Origin: Trichosphaerium sp. ATCC 40318
Taxonomy: Eukaryota; Protista; Tubulinea
Direction of reading: 5' to 3'
Assembly (NCBI GenBank): GCA_038496445.1
Contig: JALMLS010000453.1
Span: 1 to 64,000, forward strand
Length of the DNA: 64,000 bases
The notes below the pieces were generated by a model. It was not told the origin of the DNA. It did not search any database and saw only the letters and a program-made list of their open reading frames with translations. Made by a program: the position numbers and the translations under genes. How positions within the stretch are numbered: the first letter of the stretch is position 1; every line of letters starts with the position of its first letter. Shown here piece by piece: positions 54,890 to 64,000 of the stretch.

Positions 54890-57800
54890 ATGTCTACGAG
54901 TGCGTTAGGTTGAAACAAGTTATTTTTGACAATAGTGCTAGCGAAAAGGGTATTCGCGTGGTACAGAGTACAATGTGATGGGTTGGCTTATTATGTAGAT
55001 TTTGAATCAGACATTGCCAAGTCCAAACGCCCAAAAGAGTTTGAAGGTAGTTAGTTTTTGCCAAAAACCGTATTAACGCATAAAGATACGTATGACGCTA
55101 GCGACGAGGAAAATCGAGACTCATTAACACTGGTACACCTTCCATAAACCGTAAAACTGCGCTAACGACTATTACAGTCGTCGTCTGTAAGCAGTATGAG
55201 TGACGAACGCACCGAAAACGACAGTTTTGATACAGAAGCGTTCCTTAACAAAATACGCACTACAGATAACGCGAAAAGGTACTTTCCAATTTAAAATTAT
55301 GCACCACAATTGGTGCCATTCAATATTATTTTTGTTATGGAAACTGCGCTTTCAGAACTCCACGAATTTCTATTAAACCTTACTTGTTATCCTTAGGAAA
55401 GCTCTGGTAATGGAAAAAGTGCCAACACTGACAGAAAGGGATGACTGGTGTAAATCTCTGAGTGAAATAATAAGCCAAGCTATCAAAGAAAGTACGCTTA
55501 CTGCAAAAACACATTGGCACTGTTTTTTTTTGTACACATTTTTAAAAGTGCTATTAGGTGATTCTGAAATTCAGCTCATGTTATTCAAGGCAGCATATGC
55601 TTATGTAGCGAGTACGTTTACAGTCAAATAATGCACGAAAAAAATTCTGCGTTTTTGAGTGTTTTTTCAAAGCACGTGCAGCGCTTTTCTTAAGGCTATT
55701 TTTTTTTTTTGGTTACTCTGATTTTTTGTTTTTAAAGAGAGAACAGAACCTTTGCCTAAGAAGTATGATAGTATCAAATCAGGGCTTATCACTCTTTTAT
55801 CGAAGATAAAGGATTCTTCTATGAGTGGTACAGTTGTATTATGCTTGAAGGTATTAGAACGCGTGGCCAAAGGAAGCAAAGAGGCATGTCAATCTTTTTT
55901 ATCAATTTTTTTTTTTTCACCTGAGTTTTAATTGCTCACGTGGGTTTAGATAGTCGCTATTGCTTTGGATTTTTTTTCTGCTGATTCTCCAAGAACGCGT
56001 CAAGTTGCTTCTGATTTATTTAATCGAATTGGAAAGAGAGATGTACGCACAAAAAAATTACAATGAGATTTTCTTTCTTATACTTGCTTAGAAAAACACA
56101 CCAGATCTTATAAAAAACTTCTACAAGAATATTAATGATAATGATTTATCGAGCTTGAAAAAATTGCTCAGTAGTGATTTTAAATGGCGTGGTGATTGTT
56201 CTATACACTCGAATTTATTAGGATGGACAGAACTAGAGTATGGTGACGTTTTGTGTCAAAAAATATTATACCATGACTTCACTATTGTTATTTCAAGTTC
56301 GTTTTGGCTTTTAACTAAGTTTGTCTTTTTTATTGTAGAAAAACAGTTCAATCGTTTTCCAAAGCAGTGCCAGATATTAAATATACATTACAATGCGACC
56401 CAGAGTTTTCAGGTAAGCGATTTTAAAGCAACGAAATTTCAACCTTACAAATAAATCACGTGATAATAAGGATTTTTTTTATTTACTTTTCTATTCAAGG
56501 GAGCCAAGTCCATGTCTATGGTAGTATCAAAGGAACACCAAGAGAAGCGTTACCAATTGCATTACCTTCAAAACAAACACAACAATTTCTTGCGAAATTT
56601 GTTCACGTTTTTTATGTCTATCAAGATAAAATTGCTTATATGGTTAATATGACTGACACAACAAGCTATTTTTCTTCATCAACAAGTGAAATTACAGCTC
56701 TCACAAAGCATTTTAAAATAGAAGGTATCTTCGCCATTTTATTTGCAGAATTTCGGCTGCTTTTTGTGCAAAAACAAAAGTCATTGGCAGCTTCTTCTTT
56801 TGAGCACAGGCTGTGAGAAAATACCTTTTTCTCACAATTTTTGATTGTTTCTTACTGCAGCACCTCCAAAAACTCTTATGAATGGTTTTATTCTTTCATA
56901 GATGTAGTGTTTTCATTTCTTTTAAAAGTGAAATCTGTTTAGTTTGTTTTTTCGTGTCTCGTGCTTACTTGAATTTAGCTCTTTCAGATCATGTTTTAAA
57001 AGTAAAAGACGAATCTTTAGTTACAGGTAGAGCCATAGAACTAATAATTACAGACTCGAAGAATATAGCATGGGGTATGTTTGTATTTCATTCTAATTTT
57101 GGTTTTAATGTAAAACTTTGTGGTAAAATCCTGTTAACGTGTTTCTTTAGAGCCAAAAGTAGCTATATGCACAGCTGGTAAAGTACAGATTAAGTATGAG
57201 AATGGTTCCGTATGTTATATACACTGCGGAGAATCCAATAAGGATTTGATTATGGCTACACCAAAAGGTTCGTAGTTTATTTCATAAGTTGTTTCATTTG
57301 CTTATAAAATGGTTTAGGTGTAGCTATTGTTACTGATAGAAATGGTGAAGCTGAGTTTGTCTTAAACTTTAACATAGCTCGTGTTAAACATGACTCTATA
57401 CCTTGTAAATTTGTATTCCGTTTTGCATCTGGCGAAGAGTCCATTTTGGAGGTAACAGATGAAATTGTATTTTTTTTTACTTACTTTTTTTCTTCTTCAG
57501 CATGAGGTTGTCTTGTCCAAGGCTAGGTTTGCACCAAGTAAAAAGTACAAATCAGAAGGAGCTTTAAAATTACCTAATGGTAAAGTAAGTAAGACAAAGA
57601 AAGGACCAGTGACAACTAGGGAGTCTTCAACAAAGAAAAAAAAGCGTAATCAAAAACAAGAAAAAAAAGAAAAACCAAAAGTAACCAGAACAAAATCAAA
57701 AGAGTCATTACATACAGGAGGTGAGAGTAAGGTAGCTGACATTCGTATTCGATCACGATCAGAGTCACCAGGAGGTACAGCAATAAGAGGCTCTACAAGT

Positions 57801-59971
57801 GGTAAAAAAAGTAAATTGGCGCCACTCAGTATGGTACGACTCATTTATGACTTTTTCTGGTGTGGTTACACTTCATTCCCGTTTTTTTCTTCCTTCTGTT
57901 TGAATTTATTGAAGGTTATCGCACCTACTGTTGTACAAGAAAAATCCTGCGCACCTTCTTTTTGTTATTGCTGGTTGTATTTTAACTGTTTTCTTCTTTA
58001 TTTAGTTCGTACGTAAAAAGTCGTCTCCCGCTAGACGTGAAATTGACTCACCTCACGATCAGAAACGTGACAAGCGAGTTGCAAATGAAAAGAGACTCAC
58101 GACTGAAAAGAGAGTTGGAAGTCCACCTAGAGCACGTTCACCAGTTGGAACAAAAGAGAGCAATGGAAGTGGTGTACGTTCAAAATCTTTTTAAACAACT
58201 GTTTTGATTAACACGTGTATGTTTAGACAAAGGATTCTATAGCAAAACCTCTACCTTTTGGAAGAAGACCTTCAAAGTTTGCTTCTTATAGTATTGTACA
58301 TGCTGCTAGTTTTGAAGAGCTCCCAGATGATTTTAAGAATGTTGTCAATAAGGCCAAGATACCTGTGTATAAATGCAACAAGCACATGTCTGTTCTGTTA
58401 CATTGTTTAAGGTAAGCTAAACACGCTATTTTGGTTGTTTTTTTTTACAGTTGAATGAAGTTTTGAACGCTCTCGTTGACCTTGAAGTGCTGATTTGTAT
58501 TTTTTAAAGGTTTGATACGAAGGTGTCTTTCAGGCTAAATAAAGATGAACCATCAGATAATTACAGAAAGGATGGGCGTCCGTATGCTTCTGAAGAGATG
58601 GTAGCACAAGCTAGTAAGTTTTAAAGGCCTTATTTTACATAAGTTAACAATTGATACTAGAAGCGGCATTGGTAGAGCCAGAGAAGGAGATTAAAAAATT
58701 GTACAAAGGCATGGTAGAGTGTGGAAAAGGGTATGTTCTTTTACATGTTTTTTTGTTGTTCTAATGTTTCTTGCAGTGGTTTTGGACGTGTCTATGTAGC
58801 TAAGGATTATGCAACAAAAGCGAAGGTTGCTATAAAGAAGCTACCACATGGCATGTCGTCTGAGATGAAGCACAATTTCTATGAAATTGGTACGGTCATT
58901 TTTTTTGCAGTTTATTTGACTGAATTTTTTACTTACGTTTTTATCCCGTAGCTTTCCTGAGCCAGTGCTCGAATAAAAATATTGTAAAATACATAAAAAG
59001 TATGTTGATTCAAGATGAGATATGGATAATAACAGAGTACCTTCAAGGAGGAACATTGGGTAAGACTTTATTTTTCAAAAATAACCAAAACACATTACGT
59101 TTGTAACACTTTTTTAATAGCTGATGCTTTACGGTTGGGTACAAGATTTAGTGATAAACATGTTGCATATATTGCACGTGAAGTATTACGATCATTAAAA
59201 TACTTGCACAACACTAAAGGTTGGGTTCATCGTGATTTGAAAACAAGCAATATTATGTTATCTACATCGGGAATGGTTAAACTCATTGATTTTGGATTAT
59301 GTGCAGATATATCAGATGGCACGTGATTTTTTTTCTTTGTTTTATACATTTAGTTTGAAAGACTAGTATCTTTTGTTAATATTTTAGAACACGTGCTTTT
59401 AAACGACGTGGGATTGAAGAACGATTTTCTCTAAGTTTTTTTTGTTAGGCAAGAAACGAATACAGATGCTTGGTACTCCTTTTTATATGCCTCCTGAGAT
59501 GATTGTAAATGCCCCACATGGATTTCCATCTGATATATGGTCTTTGGGTGTTTGTTTATTATCTATTGTAATTGGTAAGACACCTAATAGCGAATCACGA
59601 TTGAAGGTAAGTATACACTCATTTGTTTCACCAAAACATCTTTTTTTTTTTTTTTCTGTTTGTTTATTGTTGCAAGGCTATGTTTGTTATTGGTACAGCT
59701 GGACTCACCTCGTACATACCAACTACTTTAACATCAGATGCAAAAGATTTTATAAAACAATGTTTAACTTGGGAACAAGACAAGCGTCCAAACGCAGAAG
59801 AGTTGTTGAAGGTACAGCCACGACATGACTTGGTTTTTCTTTCTTCTTCTTCTTTCGCTTACTTGTTGTCAATAGCATGACTATTTAAATCAACCAAAAA
59901 TGGAGCGTGGTATAACAGGTTTATTAAAGAGCATATTTATGACTACAAGCATACAAGAGCTTGGATTGTAG
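54890..59971 (+). CDS. STE20-family Ser/Thr kinase (Mkc/PAK-like) with a large multidomain N-terminus
   Basis: [40 protein letters not shown]; upstream helical, SnoaL-like and K/S-rich regions; more than 20 introns. Confidence 0.88.
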
Positions 59972-60993
59972 ATTCGGATAACACAAAAAAATGTAATCTA
60001 GCAAAAACAAAAAAAAAGTATTTTTTTTTCTGGCGAGTCAATTTTGTCAAATGGATCTTCTGTAGATAGTTTCAATATTGAGTGTTTGGTGAATGAGCTA
60101 TTCTTGGTACTACGTCAAACTTCAAACTTGAATCATTAACATTGTCAACACACTCAACTAATTAAAACATTGCGAAATGTGGAGCGCAAGTTTTTTATGA
60201 TGAATAAACATAAAGCCCTTCTTCTAGAGCGTATCTTATGTTTTAACAATGATTCCCAATAGTTGTGTAGATAGTTTGGCAATATGACCACACTATAGTA
60301 AGAACACAAAGGATAAAAAAATTCAGCTGAAATATACAAAATTACACTTTGTACGTTAATGGACTGTTAGAGTTGCTGGGTTGATACAACCGTAAAAAGA
60401 ACAAGGAGAGACACGTGATTTCTAAATTATTCACATCAGGTTCCCTGATCGTTAATTAAGATACTTCTTACCATTTATACTTCAAATATTTAGTAGGACA
60501 TAGGTTTTACCGTTCTTTGTATCGACTTGTACTAACATAAACCCAGAATCCTTGTGCCTACTTCGGGGGATTCACAACCTTCTATGTGGTGCCAGATTTT
60601 TTAATGACACACTGTCAAGTGTTTGGGCATTAGTTATGGCTTTTTCAGGCGAAGTTGGTACGTCGTATTAACCAGTAGTATTGCTTTGATTTGACATTTG
60701 TAAACTAGGTGTTGACATTGCTTGCGAGTGCCATATCGGATCTAGCGAATGTACTACCCTTTACCAACAGGAAGTTCTTGTAGGCTGCTAAGATATTAGA
60801 CGAGAAGAATACAGTTAGGATCACGAAATGTAACTGTTGAGTAAAAACAAAAGTAATTTTCAAGGAAGTTGTCATCAAAGATATCAGTATTTTGGGTAAT
60901 CTTTGGGCATTTATTACAGCTCTAGTACATTTGTTGATAAATCAAGGGATAGATGTGTACTACAACTCGTTCATAATATGAGTTTTTGTGTTT

Positions 60994-62301
60994 TCAGAAG
61001 CCTATACTGTCGGCGCCTGTTGCTATGAGGCCTTTCGCTGTTACTAGAGTGTGATAAACATGAATGGTATGGACTCCTGTAAGTGCTGCGATTCCTTCAT
61101 CAGTCACTGAAGTGCGATTCAGATAAATCTCATGAACCCCAGGCAGTGCTTTGAGACCCTCATCAGTAACTGCAGTGTCATTAAGATGAATAGTATGAAC
61201 ACCTGAAAGTGCTGCAATCCCTTCATCAGTTACTGAAGTGTGACTAAGATAAATACTGTGAACTCCAGCTAATGATTTGATCCCTTCATCTGTAACTGAT
61301 GTTAGGGTAAGATTTATAGTATGAACGTTTTCAAGAGCTTTGAGTCCCTCATCTGTGACTTTAGTACTATTGAGGTAAATAGCGTGAGCTCCTGCAAGTG
61401 ACTTGATTCCCTCATCAGTTACAGATGTATGAGCAAGGTAAATAGTATGAACTGCATTCAGTGCCTTAATGCCTTTATCAGTCACTATTGTGTGAGAAAG
61501 ATCAATGGTATGAACTCCTGCCAAACACTTAATACCTTGATCTGTAACTGAAGTGCGAGCAAGACTAATAGTATGTACACCTGTCAGTTCTTTGACACTT
61601 TCATCTGTAACTGAAGTGCATTCTAGATAAATGGTATGAACTCCTGCCAAAGCTTTGATGCCTTTGTCAGTCGCCTCTGTATAACTAAGATGGATTGTGT
61701 GTACTCCAGACAATGCTGTAATGCCTTCATCTGTTACATCTGTGTAATCGAGATGAATGGTATGCACTCCTGCCAACGATTGTATCCCTTCATCTGTAAC
61801 TGAAGCGTCATCAAGGTGAATAGTATGTACTCCTGCCAGTGCTTTGATGCTGTCATCAGATATTGAAGTCTTATTGAGATGAATGTTATAAACTCCAGAA
61901 AGAGCCTTCACAATCTTATCAATACCTTCGACTGTATCAACATAAACATGCGTGTTTTTAAGTACTCCCAGATAGTTGCTGATTGTTTGCGCGGATTCAA
62001 AGTCTGATATGTTAATGCGATTGTATCCAACAACATTATGAATGAGCGATGCGAAATGAGAACAACTTATCGCTGCTGAACACCGACTGGTCTTTATTTG
62101 ATATAAAATAAGAGCTAATATCTCATTTGGTAGGTTTAGGAGGTTTAACGCATCACTAAGAACACGTGTTACAAATATAAGTAATACAAAAAGAACACTC
62201 AAAAAGACTGATAAGGTGAGTTGTACTACTTGGTTAAGAACAATTAACACGGTTTTATTACCGTTGTAAAATGGATTGTACCTCTTCAGAGAGTCACACA
62301 T
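60994..62301 (-). CDS. F-box-LRR protein (about 14 repeats of 21 aa)
   Basis: MCDSLK, phase-2 intron 62281-62156, LLNLPNEILALIL, intronless 63-nt repeat array. Confidence 0.9.
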   Translation of the reverse strand: MCDSLKRYNPFYNGNKTVLIVLNQVVQLTLSVFLSVLFVLLIFVTRVLSDALNLLNLPNEILALILYQIKTSRCSAAISCSHFASLIHNVVGYNRINISDFESAQTISNYLGVLKNTHVYVDTVEGIDKIVKALSGVYNIHLNKTSISDDSIKALAGVHTIHLDDASVTDEGIQSLAGVHTIHLDYTDVTDEGITALSGVHTIHLSYTEATDKGIKALAGVHTIYLECTSVTDESVKELTGVHTISLARTSVTDQGIKCLAGVHTIDLSHTIVTDKGIKALNAVHTIYLAHTSVTDEGIKSLAGAHAIYLNSTKVTDEGLKALENVHTINLTLTSVTDEGIKSLAGVHSIYLSHTSVTDEGIAALSGVHTIHLNDTAVTDEGLKALPGVHEIYLNRTSVTDEGIAALTGVHTIHVYHTLVTAKGLIATGADSIGF

Positions 62302-62458
62302 AAGCTAGCAATTCAACAATACGTTTCGAAGTAGCGCTCACAATTGAGCGTTTTTTACCGGGATTGACCCAGACAGCTTATTATGATAAAAACTGGCGGA
62401 AAATGTCAACAAGAAATTGGCTGACTTTTGTTTTCGTACAACAGATTTATTGATTACG
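62302..62458. promoter_or_regulatory. 157-bp shared divergent promoter between two F-box-LRR genes
   Basis: Head-to-head ATGs at 62301 (-) and 62459 (+). Confidence 0.55.
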
Positions 62459-64000
62459 ATGTCGATAGCCTCTAAAACCAACGTACCAAGGTGTGTAAAC
62501 GCATTAATACTACTTAGTGCTCTAAACATCATATTAGCGCACAGACGTGCCTTTTGGACTTGCCTACGGAGATTTTAGCTTTTATTCTACGGAAAACTAC
62601 AAAGCCGCGATTTGCAGCTTGTCAAACATGCCATGCGCTTGCTTCTATAATTCACAATGTTATTGGATACAAAAGCATTACCTTACATACTGTCGACCAC
62701 GCAAAAGCGCTCGTAAGATATACTTGTGGTTTACAATCGACAAAAATCAAAATATGGGGCAAGCACGTGGCTAGAATTCTCAAAGAAATATCTGGTGCTC
62801 AGAACGTTGATCTTTCTTATTGTGTGAGCATTACAGATGAAAGCATGAAATCACTTTCAGGTGTTCATACCATTAACCTTGAGCACTCTAAGAATATCAC
62901 ATGTGAAGGTTTACAAGCGCTTTCTGGTGTTCATACCATTAACCTTAAGCACTGTAAGAATATCACAGATGAAGGCTTACAAGCGCTTTCTGGTGTTCAT
63001 AATATTGATCTTTCTTATTGTCAACACATTGGAGATGAAGGTGTCAAAGCACTCAAAGGTATTCATACCGTTCACCTTGACTCCTGTAAAACTATCACAG
63101 AGATCCCTTTCTGGAGTTCATACTATTAGCCTGAGCAACACTCCTATAACTTATAACGGCTTACAAGCACTGTCAGGTGTTCACACCATCGATCTTGCGA
63201 ATTGCATAGCTATCACAGATGAAGGCATCAAGTCACTCTCAGGCGTTCATGAAATTAACTTAGAAAGCACTTCTGTAACTGACAAAGGCTTAAAAGGGCT
63301 TTCTGGTGTTCATACCATTACCCTTGATGGCACTTCAGTAACAGATGAAGGCATCAAGTCCCTCTCTGGTGTTCATTATATCAGCTTGATTGCCACTTTC
63401 ATAACTGATGAAGGATTACACGCACTTTCAGGTGTTCATACAATTCAACTTGACAATGAAACAATAACAGTTGAAGGTATCAAATCTCTTTCAGGAGTTC
63501 ATACTATTTACTTGAGTGGCACTTCCATAACTGATAACGGCTTAAAAGCACTTTCTGGCGTTCATGACATTAACTTGTACAGAACTCTAGTAACAGACGA
63601 AGGTGTACTAGCACTTTCTGGTGTTCATACCATCGATCTTAGTTACTGTGAAGGTATAACTGATAAAGGATTACAAGCGCTTTCAGGTGTTCATACTATT
63701 AAGCTTGTTTGCTGTGACGCTATCACAGACAAAGGCATCAAGTTTCTTTCTGGTGTTCATGACATAAGCCTTAGATACTGTACGCAAATAACAAACGTCA
63801 ATGCACTTGCTGGTGTCCACACTATTGACCTTTTAGCCACTTCAGTAACAGATGCAGGTATTAAATCACTAGGTGGAGTATGTGTGATTAACCTTGATGA
63901 CTGCAAAGCCATTACAGATGATGGTATCAAAGTGTTAGAAGGTGTTCATACAATTTTTCTAAGGTCTACATCAGTCACACAGAAAGGTATTTCTAAGTGG
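62459..64000 (+). pseudogene. F-box-LRR gene (at least 19 repeats) with a single frameshifting deletion at about 63100; runs off the window
   Basis: ATG 62459, intron about 62491-62537, LLDLPTEIL. At 63100 ITDEGIRS collapses to acag-agatcc (about 11 nt lost relative to the repeat consensus); the shifted frame stays open for 900 nt to the window end. Confidence 0.75.

Noticed and set aside
62545-62556. Non-ATG start (ACG/TTG) for the last F-box gene, and TTG at 2829
   Set aside because: An upstream ATG exon plus intron explains both.
60994-64000. CRISPR-like or TALE-like array
   Set aside because: The repeats are in-frame 63-66 nt LRR coding units without spacers, and the predicted fold is LRR rather than a TALE helical repeat.

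Overview
Gene-dense, AT-rich (roughly 35% GC) eukaryotic nuclear DNA using the standard genetic code, with many short spliceosomal introns (mostly 35-130 nt). It is most likely an amoebozoan-type protist, inferred from an Mkc-like STE20 kinase and the gene repertoire. The ORF track is fragmented by introns, so I spliced about 32 genes by hand. They include a mitochondrial TyrRS, PDCD7, INIP, a Ctr copper transporter, glucosidase II beta, ARPC4, a USP4/11/15-like protease, a GT61 glycosyltransferase, an SDR, a Nudix hydrolase and a methyltransferase. I found no rRNA, tRNA, CRISPR array or intact transposon. Main observations: (1) a dispersed family of F-box repeat proteins (4 LRR and 2 MORN-variant loci) with an almost invariant repeat scaffold, three hypervariable positions per LRR, a shared phase-2 intron before the F-box and several broken copies, making it a candidate diversifying SCF recognition or immune repertoire; (2) the palindrome CACGTG is about 8-fold over-represented in exons, introns and intergenic DNA; (3) GC-AG introns are unusually frequent (about 13 by manual splicing); (4) several unusual fusions: TTLL plus 2OG-Fe(II) hydroxylase, BAR plus SHIP-like 5-phosphatase, myristoyl-EF-hand plus Ubl, FAD monooxygenase plus DUF4166, and SnoaL plus kinase. 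All exon models and counts are manual and need RNA-seq or homology confirmation.
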